A stretch of 64,000 nt of DNA from the NCBI GenBank assembly GCA_028711115.1, contig JAQTSV010000001.1:646032-710031 (forward strand). Reading direction: 5' to 3'. The notes beneath the pieces were generated by a model. That model was not told where the DNA came from and did no database searches. It saw nothing but the letters and a program-made list of their open reading frames with translations. Positions 36,930 through 47,344 of the stretch are shown here, piece by piece. Position 1 is the stretch's first letter, and every line of letters starts with the position of its first letter. The position numbers and the translations under genes were made by a program. The DNA comes from Candidatus Omnitrophota bacterium (GTDB taxonomy: Bacteria > Omnitrophota > Gorgyraeia > Velamenicoccales > JABMQK01).

Positions 36930-38222
36930 ATGTATAATATAGCTGTAATTGGTACTGGTTATGTGGGATTGGTAACGGGCGCGTGTTTTGCCGAGTTAGG
37001 CAACCGCGTTATTTGCGTAGATAATGATAGGGAGAAAATAAAGAAGCTGAAGTCTCTGATTATGCCCATATATGAGCCAGGGCTGGAGGAAATGATTAAA
37101 AGAAATGTAAAAGAAGGCAGGATTTCTTTTTCCTGCAGCATAAAAAAAGCCGTAAAAGAATCTTTGGTAATTTTTATCGCTGTAGGCACACCGCCGAAGG
37201 AAGACGGCGATGCGGATTTAACCGCTATAGAAAATGTCTCCAAGTCCATAGCCTTAGATATGGATTCTTATAAATTGATAGTAGGTAAATCCACTGTTCC
37301 TGTAGATACTGGAAAATGGATTGAGCATACAATAAAGATTAATTTAAGCAAAGGCATTAGTTTTGATGTGGCTTCCAATCCGGAATTCTTAAGAGAAGGC
37401 ACGGCGATTGATGATTTCCTGAATCCTGACAGAATTGTCATCGGGGCAGCTTCCAAGAAAGCAAAAGATTTATTATTGGATTTATATAAACCTATCAAAG
37501 CACCAAAGATTATAACCGACATAAAATCGGCAGAGTTAATAAAACATGCCTGCAATTCTTTTTTGGCCACAAAGGTTTCCTATATTAATGCTATCTCTAA
37601 AATATGCGAGCTCTCCGGAGCAGATGTTTTAAAAGTCGCTGAAGGCATGGGTTTAGACAAGAGGATCGGCAGGGCTTTTTTAGATGCCGGCTTGGGCTTC
37701 GGCGGATTTTGCCTTCCTAAAGACCTAGACGCATTTATTAAAATTTCCGAGAAATTAGGCTATGATTTTCAATTGCTTAAAATAGTGCGCAGCATCAATG
37801 AAAAACAAGCATCAGATTTCATAAAAAAGATTAAATCTTCGATTTGGAATATCAAGTCTAAGCGTATTGCCGTGCTCGGACTTTCTTTTAAACCCAACAC
37901 AGACGATTTGCGTTTTGCACCGTCGTTAAAAATCATAGAGAAGCTTAAAGAAGAAGGCGCCGGCTTAAGGGTATTCGATCCTCAAAGTATGTCAAAGGCA
38001 AAAGGTATTCTCAAGGACGTATATTTTGCCAAAGACGCTTATGACGCTGCAAAAGGCTGTGATTGTCTTTTGATTGTTACGGAATGGAATGAGTTTAAGG
38101 AATTAGATTTTGCGAAACTCAAGAAGAATATGAGGTATCCGTTGATAATCGACGGCCGCAATTTATACGATAAGGATAATCTTTCCCGGCTTGGTTTCAC
38201 CTATATAGGGACAGGAAGATAA
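36930..38222 (+). CDS. ugd: UDP-glucose 6-dehydrogenase
   Basis: 430 aa with IGTGYVGLVTGACFA Rossmann motif and catalytic GFGGFCLPKD. Confidence 0.92.
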   Translation: MYNIAVIGTGYVGLVTGACFAELGNRVICVDNDREKIKKLKSLIMPIYEPGLEEMIKRNVKEGRISFSCSIKKAVKESLVIFIAVGTPPKEDGDADLTAIENVSKSIALDMDSYKLIVGKSTVPVDTGKWIEHTIKINLSKGISFDVASNPEFLREGTAIDDFLNPDRIVIGAASKKAKDLLLDLYKPIKAPKIITDIKSAELIKHACNSFLATKVSYINAISKICELSGADVLKVAEGMGLDKRIGRAFLDAGLGFGGFCLPKDLDAFIKISEKLGYDFQLLKIVRSINEKQASDFIKKIKSSIWNIKSKRIAVLGLSFKPNTDDLRFAPSLKIIEKLKEEGAGLRVFDPQSMSKAKGILKDVYFAKDAYDAAKGCDCLLIVTEWNEFKELDFAKLKKNMRYPLIIDGRNLYDKDNLSRLGFTYIGTGR

Positions 38223-38223
38223 C

Positions 38224-39537
38224 ATGTTGTCTTTTAGGCAAATACTGGTTAAGAAAATCAATAATAAGAGAGCCAAAGTCGCAGTGATTGGGTTAGGTTA
38301 TGTAGGTTTACCTTTGGCGGTTGAGTTTGCGGATAAAGGATCTTTTGTTTACGGAATAGATATAGACAAGAAAAAGATAGCAATGTTGAAACAGGGCAAG
38401 TCCTATATTCAGGATATCCCCTCGGCTACTTTAAAAGGAGTATTAAAAAATAAACTTTTCAATCCCTCTTCGGATTATGGGAATTTGACACATGCAGATA
38501 TAATTATTATTAGCGTACCTACTCCTTTGACTAAGACACGGGAGCCGGATATTTCTTATGTAGTCAACGCGGCCAGGGAAATAAAGGATAATATCAGGAG
38601 AGGTCAGCTTATTATCCTGGAAAGTACGACATATCCCGGTACGACTGAGGAGGTTTTGCTCCCTTTATTCTCGCAGCGAGGCCTGAAAGTAGGAGTGGAT
38701 TTCTTTTTGGCATTTTCCCCGGAGAGGATTGATCCGGCGAACAAGACCTTTAACACAGCCAATATTACAAAGATCGTCGGTGGCATAACCAAGGATTGCG
38801 CTTATTTGACCAGATTGATTTACAGTAAAATTATCTCCAAGGTTGTTATGGTTTCTGATTCCAAAGTAGCAGAGATGGCTAAATTGTTGGAGAATACCTT
38901 TCGTGCGGTGAACATAGGTTTAATAAACGAATTCGCTTTGATGTGCGATAAACTGAAGGTAAATATTTGGGAAGTTATCGAAGCTGCAGAGACGAAACCT
39001 TTCGGCTTTATGCCGTTTTATCCCGGTCCGGGATTGGGCGGGCATTGTTTGCCCATAGATCCTTTATATCTATCCTGGAAATCGAGGCTGCATGGTTTTG
39101 AGCCGCGCCTGATTGAATTGGCTAGCCAAATTAATTCTTATATGCCTACGCATGTTGTAAACAAAACAGTTGAACTTATTGATACCAGATGTAAACTTCC
39201 CGTATCGCAGGCAAAGATATTGGTAGCGGGTGTTAGTTATAAAAAAGATGTTTGTGATGTAAGAGAATCTCCGGCCATAGAGATTATCCGTATGTTCATG
39301 GAAAAACAGGCAAAGGTTTCTTATTATGATCCATTTGTATCACAGATATCTCTCGACGACAAAACATTGCATTCCATAAAATTTACTAAGGAAAATATTC
39401 GTGGCAATGATTGTGTGGTTATTGTGACGAACCATAGCAAAATAGATTATAATCTTATTTTAAAGAATGCGGATTTGATTTTTGATACACGCAACGTATA
39501 CAAAAATATAAATAATCCCAAAGTTATTAGATTATAA
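38224..39537 (+). CDS. Nucleotide-sugar 6-dehydrogenase (UDP-N-acetyl-hexosamine dehydrogenase-like)
   Basis: 437 aa with [11 protein letters not shown] and [11 protein letters not shown] motifs. Substrate not assignable by eye. Confidence 0.85.
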   Translation: MLSFRQILVKKINNKRAKVAVIGLGYVGLPLAVEFADKGSFVYGIDIDKKKIAMLKQGKSYIQDIPSATLKGVLKNKLFNPSSDYGNLTHADIIIISVPTPLTKTREPDISYVVNAAREIKDNIRRGQLIILESTTYPGTTEEVLLPLFSQRGLKVGVDFFLAFSPERIDPANKTFNTANITKIVGGITKDCAYLTRLIYSKIISKVVMVSDSKVAEMAKLLENTFRAVNIGLINEFALMCDKLKVNIWEVIEAAETKPFGFMPFYPGPGLGGHCLPIDPLYLSWKSRLHGFEPRLIELASQINSYMPTHVVNKTVELIDTRCKLPVSQAKILVAGVSYKKDVCDVRESPAIEIIRMFMEKQAKVSYYDPFVSQISLDDKTLHSIKFTKENIRGNDCVVIVTNHSKIDYNLILKNADLIFDTRNVYKNINNPKVIRL

Positions 39538-39554
39538 AATATAATTTAGGCGCT

Positions 39555-40511
39555 ATGTCAAAAGAAATGAAAAGAAATAACAGAACAGTTGTAATTACCG
39601 GCGGGGCTGGTTTTATCGGTTCGCATCTGTGTGATTTTCTGATTAACAAAAATTATAAGGTAATTTGTTTGGATAATTTAATTACCGGTAACAGAAAGAA
39701 TATAGCGCATCTTTTGAATAATCCACTTTTCGAATTTAAAAATATTGATGTCAGTAAAAAAATAGAAATTAAAGTAAAAGTGGATTTTGTTTTGCACTTT
39801 GCTTCTCCTGCAAGTCCTGTGATTTATCTTGCCCATCCCATAGAGACGCTTAAGGTCGGGGCATTTGGTACATTTAATTGTTTAGAATTGGCAAAGTCTA
39901 AAAAGGCAAAATTTCTGCTTGCCTCCACGTCGGAAATTTATGGCGATCCCAAAGAGCATCCTCAAAAAGAAAGTTACTGGGGCAATGTGAGTAGTATCGG
40001 CCCTAGGTCTGTATATGATGAAGCCAAGCGTTTTGCCGAGGCCGTTACAATGGCTTATCACCGTCGGTATAATATCGATACCAAAATAGTGCGCATTTTT
40101 AATACATATGGTCCGCGGATGTTAATTAATGACGGCAGGGCTGTGCCTAATTTTATTATGCAGGCGCTGAAGAATAAACCTTTAACGATTCAGGGCGATG
40201 GGATGCAGACGCGCTCTTTTTGCTTTATTTCTGATTTAGTTGAAGGTATCTTCCAACTCATGAATTCTTCTGCAAATGATCCTGTAAATTTAGGAAATCC
40301 CACGGAAGTAACGATAAGAAAAATAGCAAAATTGATTATTGAGTTAACTCATAGTAAATCTAAAATAAAATACCTCGCACTGCCACAGGATGACCCCAAA
40401 AGACGGAAACCAGATATTGCCAAGGCCAAGCGTTTGTTAAACTGGGAGCCGAAAGTGGGGTTAAAAGAGGGGCTTGTGTCTACAATTTTTTGGTTTGAAA
40501 CTGCCAAATAA
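39555..40511 (+). CDS. uxs: UDP-glucuronate decarboxylase (UDP-xylose synthase), SDR family
   Basis: 318 aa with [16 protein letters not shown] catalytic motif, and the overall UXS-like pattern PQxExYWG. Confidence 0.88.
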   Translation: MSKEMKRNNRTVVITGGAGFIGSHLCDFLINKNYKVICLDNLITGNRKNIAHLLNNPLFEFKNIDVSKKIEIKVKVDFVLHFASPASPVIYLAHPIETLKVGAFGTFNCLELAKSKKAKFLLASTSEIYGDPKEHPQKESYWGNVSSIGPRSVYDEAKRFAEAVTMAYHRRYNIDTKIVRIFNTYGPRMLINDGRAVPNFIMQALKNKPLTIQGDGMQTRSFCFISDLVEGIFQLMNSSANDPVNLGNPTEVTIRKIAKLIIELTHSKSKIKYLALPQDDPKRRKPDIAKAKRLLNWEPKVGLKEGLVSTIFWFETAK

Positions 40512-40631
40512 TCATTAAAAATCCCAACCTGTAGACCTGAGTAAAATTATATGTATTAGAGGGACATTTTAAAGTATTTTAAAAGGTTTTACCTGTTGTC
40601 ATATAAAAAGTTACAAATCTTTAAAAAAACC

Positions 40632-40659
40632 TTGACAAAAATATTTTTTAACATATAAT
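40632..40659 (+). promoter_or_regulatory. Putative strong sigma70-type promoter ahead of tRNA-Thr/rpmG/secE
   Basis: TTGACA (40632-40637), 16-nt spacer, TATAAT (40654-40659), 15 nt before the tRNA. Confidence 0.6.
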
Positions 40660-40674
40660 ATTGGCTTTACTATT

Positions 40675-40747
40675 GCCCTCGTAGCTCAGTAGGAAGAGCA
40701 CGTCCTTGGTAAGGACGGGGTCATCGGTTCAATTCCGATCGGGGGCT
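40675..40747 (+). tRNA. tRNA-Thr (anticodon GGU)
   Basis: Hand-folded 73-nt cloverleaf: acceptor GCCCTCG/CGGGGGC, anticodon arm CGTCC-TTGGTAA-GGACG, T-loop TTCAATT. No encoded CCA. Confidence 0.9.
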
Positions 40748-40769
40748 TATAGATCGACGACAAAATAAG

Positions 40770-40919
40770 ATGAGAGAGCATATATTATTAGAATGTACGG
40801 TTTGTCATAATAGGTTATATACTTCCACCAAGAATAAGAAAAAACAGCAAGCCAGATTAGAGCTGAAAAAGTTTTGTCGTCTTTGTCGAAAACACGTTAT
40901 TCACAAAGAGGTTAAATAA
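40770..40919 (+). CDS. rpmG: 50S ribosomal protein L33 (zinc-binding type)
   Basis: 49-aa ORF below the track cutoff: [49 protein letters not shown], with a CxxC...CxxC pair. Confidence 0.9.
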   Translation: MREHILLECTVCHNRLYTSTKNKKKQQARLELKKFCRLCRKHVIHKEVK

Positions 40920-40925
40920 AATTTT

Positions 40926-40996
40926 AGGAGCGTCGGTTAACGGTAAACCAACGGTCTCCAAAACCGTTACTGCGGGTTCAATTCCTGCCGCTCCTG
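40926..40996 (+). tRNA. tRNA-Trp (anticodon CCA)
   Basis: Hand-folded 71-nt cloverleaf: acceptor AGGAGCG/CGCTCCT, anticodon arm ACGGT-CTCCAAA-ACCGT, T-loop TTCAATT. Confidence 0.85.
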
Positions 40997-41029
40997 CTTA
41001 AGAAATAATCAAAGTACTTATTATTAATA

Positions 41030-41230
41030 ATGAAAGCCGTAGAAAATATAAAAAAAATCCCGCAATTCTTCAGTGAAGTCAAGCAGGAACTGAAAAAGGT
41101 TTCTTGGTCCAGCAGGGGAGAACTCATGGGAGCGACCTGGGTAGTTATTGCTGTAACAATATTTTTGGCTATTTATATCGGGACCATTGATTTCGGTCTT
41201 TCTAAATTTTTAACTGTATTTTTAAAATGA
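41030..41230 (+). CDS. secE: Preprotein translocase subunit SecE
   Basis: 66 aa with FFSEVKQELKKVSWSSR then a single TM; position before nusG. Confidence 0.9.
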   Translation: MKAVENIKKIPQFFSEVKQELKKVSWSSRGELMGATWVVIAVTIFLAIYIGTIDFGLSKFLTVFLK

Positions 41231-41301
41231 ACACTTATATAAATTTAAAAGTTATTATATTCTTGTTCTCTGTCAGATTATTTTTTCCGGAGGTTTTTTA
41301 A

Positions 41302-41829
41302 GTGAAGAAGTGGTACGTTGTCCATACGCAAACTGGTTCTGAGGACAAAGTTAAATTAGCTTTGGATTCTAAGATTGCAGCCAGCAGTATGCAAGAGTTT
41401 TTTTCGCAGGTAGTTATACCCACCGAGCAAATCTCTGAAGTCCGTTCAGGCAAGAAAAAAATATCTCTGCGTAAATTTTTCCCGGGATATGTTCTAATCG
41501 AGATGGATTTTAATGAGAAGACCTGGTTGTTAGTAAAGACTACGCCGGGCGTGACAGGCTTTATAGGCTCTGGCAATAAGCCTTCTGCGTTAACATCTGA
41601 GGAAGTAGACAACATATTAAAACGCACCCAGGATGCCCAGACAAAACCTACACCCAAGGTTTCTTTTGAGACGGGCGAGCCGGTCAGGGTAATAGACGGT
41701 CCGTTTGTGAATTTTAACGGTGTCATAGAAGAAGTGCATTTAGATAAGCAGAAAATAGAAGTCAGTGTTTCCATATTCGGCAGGTCCACTCCCGTGGAAC
41801 TGGAATATTGGCAGGTAGAGAAAATTTAG
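41302..41829 (+). CDS. nusG: Transcription termination/antitermination factor NusG
   Basis: 175 aa with GTG start. WYVVHTQTGSE NGN domain and KOW motif GEPVRVIDGPF. Confidence 0.95.
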   Translation: MKKWYVVHTQTGSEDKVKLALDSKIAASSMQEFFSQVVIPTEQISEVRSGKKKISLRKFFPGYVLIEMDFNEKTWLLVKTTPGVTGFIGSGNKPSALTSEEVDNILKRTQDAQTKPTPKVSFETGEPVRVIDGPFVNFNGVIEEVHLDKQKIEVSVSIFGRSTPVELEYWQVEKI

Positions 41830-41838
41830 GAAGACAAA

Positions 41839-42264
41839 ATGGCCAAAAAAGTAGTTGCACAAATTAAATTATACGTATCAGCAGGGCAGGCAAATCCCGC
41901 ACCGCCCGTAGGCCCGGCGTTGGGCCAGCACGGCGTAAATATAATGCAGTTTTGCAAGAGCTTTAACGAACAGACAAAAGGCAAAGAGGGATTGATTGTG
42001 CCCGTCATAATCAGCGTCTATGAAGACAAGAAATTCGATTTTATCATTAAAAGTCCGCCTTCGTCGGTTTTAATCAAAAGGGCTTGCAATTTAGCCAAGG
42101 CGTCTGGCACCGCAGGAAAAGAAAAGATTGCCACCATCACAAAAAAACAGATAAAAGAAATAGTCAAACAGAAGATGCAGGATTTAAACACTCCCGACGA
42201 AGCGACAGCAGAAAAGATTATCGCCGGGACAGCCAGGAGCATGGGTATTGAGGTCGTGGAATAA
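41839..42264 (+). CDS. rplK: 50S ribosomal protein L11
   Basis: 141 aa with [25 protein letters not shown]. Confidence 0.97.
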   Translation: MAKKVVAQIKLYVSAGQANPAPPVGPALGQHGVNIMQFCKSFNEQTKGKEGLIVPVIISVYEDKKFDFIIKSPPSSVLIKRACNLAKASGTAGKEKIATITKKQIKEIVKQKMQDLNTPDEATAEKIIAGTARSMGIEVVE

Positions 42265-42944
42265 TGATAAGGCGCAGCAAAAAATATAAAGAGTCAGAAA
42301 AATCAGTAGATAAAAAAAAGATTTACAGCCTGGAAGAGGCAGTGGCTATTCTGAAGAAAATGTCTCAGTTGAAGTTTGACCAGTCGATAAATTTAGGAAT
42401 CCAGTTAAACATTGATCCCAAAAGTTCCGACCAGTTATTAAGAGGCACGGTTGTCCTTCCTCATGGCACAGGAAAGACAAAACGCATTGCGGTGTTCTGC
42501 AAAGGCGAAGCAGAAAAACAAGCCAGAGAAGCAGGCGCGGATTTTATAGGAGGCCAGGAACTCATTGATAAAGTAAACGGCGGCTGGCTGGATTTTGATG
42601 TAGCTGTGTCTACTCCTGAGATGATGAAGGATTTAAGTAAATTAGGAAAGGTTTTGGGACCGCGCGGATTAATGCCCAGCCCCAAGACAGGTACAGTAAC
42701 GAATAATATTGCCCAGGCCGTAAATGAACTTAAGGCTGGCAAGATCGAATTTAAGACTGACAAACAAGGCGGTATCCACGTAGTCGTAGGCAGGATGTCG
42801 TTTGAGGCCTCTAAGCTTGTAGAAAATATAAGTACGCTTTTATCGGCAATCAAGGCAAACAGGCCGGCTTCTGTAAAAGGTAATTTAATAAAATCCGTGT
42901 CCTTGGCTACAACTATGAGCCCGGGCGTCAAGGTGACGGCATGA
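42264..42944 (+). CDS. rplA: 50S ribosomal protein L1
   Basis: 226 aa with LPHGTGKTKRIAVF and GPRGLMPSPKTGTVT. Confidence 0.97.
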   Translation: MIRRSKKYKESEKSVDKKKIYSLEEAVAILKKMSQLKFDQSINLGIQLNIDPKSSDQLLRGTVVLPHGTGKTKRIAVFCKGEAEKQAREAGADFIGGQELIDKVNGGWLDFDVAVSTPEMMKDLSKLGKVLGPRGLMPSPKTGTVTNNIAQAVNELKAGKIEFKTDKQGGIHVVVGRMSFEASKLVENISTLLSAIKANRPASVKGNLIKSVSLATTMSPGVKVTA

Positions 42945-43480
42945 AAAAAGTAAGCAGCCTATTCAAGGAATTATCCGACAAACAGCTAAAAGAAAATTTA
43001 CGCGGCAATCAGGGATTATACCTTTTTAAATATTCCGGAGTCAATTCTGCTGATTTGACTAAGCTGCGCAGAAACCTCACGAGCGTCGGCGCCAAGATGT
43101 TTGTCACCAAGAATAGTTTTATAAACTTAGCTCTCAAATCTATTAATAAAGGTAAAGATGTTTTAGGTTTTATCGATGGCCCAATGGCTTTGGTTTTTAT
43201 AAAAGATGACCCGGTCAGCCCTGCCAAAGTTCTCACAGATTTTGCCAAGGCACATGAAAGTATCAGTTTAAAAGGTGGTTATATTAATGACGGCATAATA
43301 CAATCAAAAGATTTTAAGATTTTAGCGAATATTCCACCGCGGCAGGTTCTTTATCAGCAGGTGGCTATGGCAATTAACGGGCCTTTATCTAAATTAGCAA
43401 TAAGCCTGAATCAGGTTATGGCAAAATTAGCCTATGTTTTAAAGGCGTTAAGCGATAATAAAGAAAAAGAGAAAAAATAA
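42941..43480 (+). CDS. rplJ: 50S ribosomal protein L10
   Basis: 179 aa; position and L10-like pattern; ATGA overlap with rplA. Confidence 0.93.
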   Translation: MKKVSSLFKELSDKQLKENLRGNQGLYLFKYSGVNSADLTKLRRNLTSVGAKMFVTKNSFINLALKSINKGKDVLGFIDGPMALVFIKDDPVSPAKVLTDFAKAHESISLKGGYINDGIIQSKDFKILANIPPRQVLYQQVAMAINGPLSKLAISLNQVMAKLAYVLKALSDNKEKEKK

Positions 43481-43497
43481 TATAACGGAGGTAGAAA

Positions 43498-43881
43498 ATG
43501 GCAAAGACCGAAGCGATCATTAAGGAAATTGAAACACTTTCCGTATTGGAACTTTGCGAGTTGGTTAAGGCTATTGAAGAGAAGTTCGGAGTTTCCGCCC
43601 AGGCACCGGTTATGGCAATGGGTGCCATGCCTCAGGCAGGCGGAGCTGCCAAGGCAGCAGAAGAGGAAAAAACCGTCTTCACCGTAGTATTGACCAGCGC
43701 AGGTGCCAATAAGATACAGGTTATAAAGGAAGTGAGAACATTGACGAGCCTTGGCCTTAAAGAGGCTAAGGATTTGGTTGATTCCGCTCCCAAACCTGTA
43801 AAAGAAAGTATTCCAAAAGAAGAAGCAGAAGAGATGAAGAAGAAACTTGAAGCAGCAGGCGCCACAGTAGAGTTAAAGTAA
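43498..43881 (+). CDS. rplL: 50S ribosomal protein L7/L12
   Basis: 127 aa with Ala-rich hinge and C-terminal [23 protein letters not shown]. Confidence 0.97.
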   Translation: MAKTEAIIKEIETLSVLELCELVKAIEEKFGVSAQAPVMAMGAMPQAGGAAKAAEEEKTVFTVVLTSAGANKIQVIKEVRTLTSLGLKEAKDLVDSAPKPVKESIPKEEAEEMKKKLEAAGATVELK

Positions 43882-43933
43882 CTTCTTCTTTATTTTTTTG
43901 CATTGATTATTTCTTAGGGAGATATACAAACAG

Positions 43934-46900
43934 ATGACAAAGAAGAGAAAAAGTTTTTCTCGTTTAAAAGAAGTCTTTGAGCTTCCGCATCTTCTTCAGA
44001 CGCAGATTGATTCTTACCAGGAATTTTTGCAGCAAGATGTGCCTATGAAGGAAAGGAAGAGTCTTGGGCTGCAGGAGGTGTTTCAGGAAGTATTTCCTGT
44101 AGAGAGCTATGACCGTAAATTCCGCCTGGAATTTGTAAGCTATACGCTCGGCAAACCCAAATATTCTGAAGAAGAGTGTAAGCGTCGTGGCATGAGTTAT
44201 GCCGCGCCCTTAAGACTGAATTTAAAATTGGTTACACCCAGCGATATAAAAGTCCAAGAGGTGTATTTCGGCGATATTCCCTTAATGACTCCCACGGCAA
44301 GTTTTATTATAAATGGTGATGAGCGTGTCGTAGTAACGCAGTTACAGCGATCGCCTGGCGTATCATTTGAGGAAGAAGTCCATCCCACAGGCAAGAAGAT
44401 ATTTTACGGCCGCATTATACCCTACAGAGGCGCATGGCTGGAGTTTAAATACGATCTTTCCGAGACAATCGTGGCCTATGTGGACCGAAGAAGAAATTTC
44501 CCAGCTACCCAGATTCTGCGTATCATGGGATTTTCTTCGGATGAAGAAATATTCAAGTCTTTTGGCGGCGAGATACCGGAAATCCTCAATACACTAAAGA
44601 AAGATTTTGCAAAGTCCAAGTCAGAGGCGTTGATGGATTTTTACAGAAAGATGCGTCCCACAGAGCCGGTGACCGAGGAGGCAGCAGAGGCATTATTCTA
44701 TAGATTATTTTTTGATCCCAAGAGATATGATTTAAGCCGTGCAGGAAGATTTATCCTCAATCGTAAACTCAATATGAATGTATCTTTGGAAAACAGAATC
44801 CTTGATTCCCAGACGGTCATAGAGGTTATCAAATATCTTATCAGATTGAGAATGGGGGAAGGTCAGATCGACGACATAGATCATTTGGGTAACAGAAGGA
44901 TAAAGACCATAGGCGAATTAATACAGAATCAGGCGCGCATCGGACTGGCGAAACTGGAGCGTTCCATCAGAGAGAGATTGGCCATACTGTCCGATGTTGA
45001 TGCCGTAATGATATATCATCTCATAAATTCAAAGTTATTTTCTACCCAGATCCGTGATTTCTTCTCGCGTTCACAGTTATCGCAATTTATGGATCAGGTA
45101 AATCCTCTGGCTGAACTTACGCATAAAAGAAGACTTAGTGCTCTTGGCCCGGGCGGTCTGTCCCGAGAGAGAGCGGGCTTTGAAGTACGCGATATCCATC
45201 AGTCTCACTATGGACGCATTTGCCCTATTGAGACGCCAGAAGGTCCTAATATCGGTTTGATTTCTTCTCTTACTACTTATGCGCGTGTAAATAGTTTAGG
45301 TTATTTAGAAACGCCGTATAGAGTTGTAGTAGACGGCCGCGTGACCAACAGGATTGAATACCTTACAGCAGATATAGAAGAAAATAAAGTTATTGCACAG
45401 GCAAATGTTCCTTTGGACGACGAAGGTTACTTTAAAGAAAAAGAAGTAGTCTGCCGCCATAAAGGCGATTTCCCCAGAATGCCCCCCAAGAAAATAGACT
45501 ATATGGATGTTTCTCCCAAACAATTAGTTTCTGTGGCCGCATCTTTGATTCCTTTCCTTGAGCATGATGATGCCAACAGGGCGCTTATGGGTTCTAACAT
45601 GCAGAGGCAGGCAGTTCCTCTGATGAATACAGAGGCTCCTTTAGTGGGCACGGAAATGGAACGCAAGGTCGCCATTGATTCAGGTGCTGTAGTAATATCT
45701 AAAAATGACGGCACAGTAACCAAAGTAGATGCAAAATCCATAACAATCGGTGACGAAAAATACGATTTAAAGAAATTTAAACGCACCAACGCAGATACTT
45801 GTATTAATCAAAGGCCGATTGTAAAACTGGGCCAGAAGGTAAAAACCGGCGATGTTATTGCCGATGGTATAGCCACAAAAGACGGCGAATTAGCCATGGG
45901 CAGGAACCTCTTGGTGGCATTCATGCCGTGGCGCGGATTTAATTTTGAAGACGCCATTCTTATAAGCGAGAAAGTCGTAAAGGAAGATGCCTATACTTCT
46001 ATACATGTCGAGAGGTTTGAATTGGAAGCCAGAGAGACTCGTTTGGGAAATGAGGAAATTACAAAGGATATACCCAATGTTTCCGAAGAGTCGCTTTTAA
46101 ATTTAGATGAAAACGGAATTATACGTATCGGCGCAGAAGTCCAGCCCGGAGATATTCTGGTAGGAAAGGTAACGCCCAAGACTGAAACTGAACTTTCCCC
46201 CGAAGAAAGGTTACTCAGGGCGATATTCGGCGAGAAGGCAGGAGATGTAAGGGATACTTCACTCATTGTTCCTCCCGGCATAGAAGGCGTGGTTATAAAC
46301 ATCGAGGCATTCCAGAGAAAAGAGCGCGGCAGAAAATCCAAAGAAGACAAAAAGAAAGAATTGGCAGCTATCCGCAAGATAAAAGAATATTATCGCGGTG
46401 AGATAGAGATTATTGAAAAAGAAAAAGCGGTCAAACTGGCAAAGATGCTGGGAGTTTCTAAGACTAAACTTGACAAAATAGATTTAAACGGCAATGATGA
46501 AGCCCGTTTGGTTTCTGATTTCTTCGATGCACAGATTAAGGAACTTGCCACCGAAGAAGAGCAGGAGATAGAAAAGGTAAGAAAGGGCGATGAATTGCCT
46601 CCGGGAGTGCTCAAGAGAGTGGTGGCGTATGTAGCCACCAAGAGAAGGCTTTCCGTGGGCGATAAGATGGCAGGCAGGCACGGTAATAAAGGAGTCATCG
46701 CCAAGATTCTTCCCGAAGAAGATATGCCATTTTTAGAAGACGGCACTCCTGTGGAGTTAGTGCTAAATCCATTGGGCGTTCCTTCGCGTATGAATGTAGG
46801 ACAAATTTTAGAGACACATTTAGGTTGGGCAGCAAAGGTTTTAGGTTTGACTGTTTCCTGCGCTATTTTTGACGGCGCCAAAGAATTAGACATCGTAGAC

Positions 46901-47341
46901 ATGTTAAAAAAAGCAGGATTACCGGAAAGCGGCAAGGTTACTGTATATGATGGTTATACCGGTTTGGCTTTCGACCAGAAAGTCACCGTGGGATATATCT
47001 ATATGATGAAACTCATTCATCTCGTAGACGAAAAGATACATGCGCGCTCAATCGGACCATACTCTTTGATTACCCAGCAGCCGTTAGGCGGCAAGGCTCA
47101 ATTCGGCGGACAGAGATTTGGAGAGATGGAAGTCTGGGCGCTGGAGGCATACGGGGCAGCATTCACTTTACAGGAAATGCTTACCGTAAAGAGCGATGAC
47201 GTTTCAGGAAGAACGCGCATTTATGAGGCAATTGTAAAAGGCGAGCAGAGGCTAAATCCCGGCACGCCCGAGTCGTTCAACGTTTTAATAAAAGAATTAC
47301 AGGGATTAGGATTGGATATAAAGGCGGAAAAACAAAAATAA
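43934..47341 (+). CDS. rpoB: DNA-directed RNA polymerase beta subunit
   Basis: 1135 aa with conserved blocks ([39 protein letters not shown]). Compact form without large lineage insertions. Confidence 0.98.
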   Translation: MTKKRKSFSRLKEVFELPHLLQTQIDSYQEFLQQDVPMKERKSLGLQEVFQEVFPVESYDRKFRLEFVSYTLGKPKYSEEECKRRGMSYAAPLRLNLKLVTPSDIKVQEVYFGDIPLMTPTASFIINGDERVVVTQLQRSPGVSFEEEVHPTGKKIFYGRIIPYRGAWLEFKYDLSETIVAYVDRRRNFPATQILRIMGFSSDEEIFKSFGGEIPEILNTLKKDFAKSKSEALMDFYRKMRPTEPVTEEAAEALFYRLFFDPKRYDLSRAGRFILNRKLNMNVSLENRILDSQTVIEVIKYLIRLRMGEGQIDDIDHLGNRRIKTIGELIQNQARIGLAKLERSIRERLAILSDVDAVMIYHLINSKLFSTQIRDFFSRSQLSQFMDQVNPLAELTHKRRLSALGPGGLSRERAGFEVRDIHQSHYGRICPIETPEGPNIGLISSLTTYARVNSLGYLETPYRVVVDGRVTNRIEYLTADIEENKVIAQANVPLDDEGYFKEKEVVCRHKGDFPRMPPKKIDYMDVSPKQLVSVAASLIPFLEHDDANRALMGSNMQRQAVPLMNTEAPLVGTEMERKVAIDSGAVVISKNDGTVTKVDAKSITIGDEKYDLKKFKRTNADTCINQRPIVKLGQKVKTGDVIADGIATKDGELAMGRNLLVAFMPWRGFNFEDAILISEKVVKEDAYTSIHVERFELEARETRLGNEEITKDIPNVSEESLLNLDENGIIRIGAEVQPGDILVGKVTPKTETELSPEERLLRAIFGEKAGDVRDTSLIVPPGIEGVVINIEAFQRKERGRKSKEDKKKELAAIRKIKEYYRGEIEIIEKEKAVKLAKMLGVSKTKLDKIDLNGNDEARLVSDFFDAQIKELATEEEQEIEKVRKGDELPPGVLKRVVAYVATKRRLSVGDKMAGRHGNKGVIAKILPEEDMPFLEDGTPVELVLNPLGVPSRMNVGQILETHLGWAAKVLGLTVSCAIFDGAKELDIVDMLKKAGLPESGKVTVYDGYTGLAFDQKVTVGYIYMMKLIHLVDEKIHARSIGPYSLITQQPLGGKAQFGGQRFGEMEVWALEAYGAAFTLQEMLTVKSDDVSGRTRIYEAIVKGEQRLNPGTPESFNVLIKELQGLGLDIKAEKQK

Positions 47342-47344
47342 ACC

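Noticed and set aside
40512-41029. tRNA-flanked region as a possible integration hotspot or genomic island
   Set aside because: There is no integrase, no direct repeat of a tRNA 3-prime end and no foreign genes. tRNA-Thr, rpmG, tRNA-Trp and secE form a standard conserved arrangement.
43934-47341. Short rpoB (1135 aa) as a possible truncation or pseudogene
   Set aside because: All conserved beta-subunit blocks appear in order from the N- to the C-terminus, and the gene is followed after 3 nt by rpoC. It is most simply a compact form lacking lineage-specific insertions.
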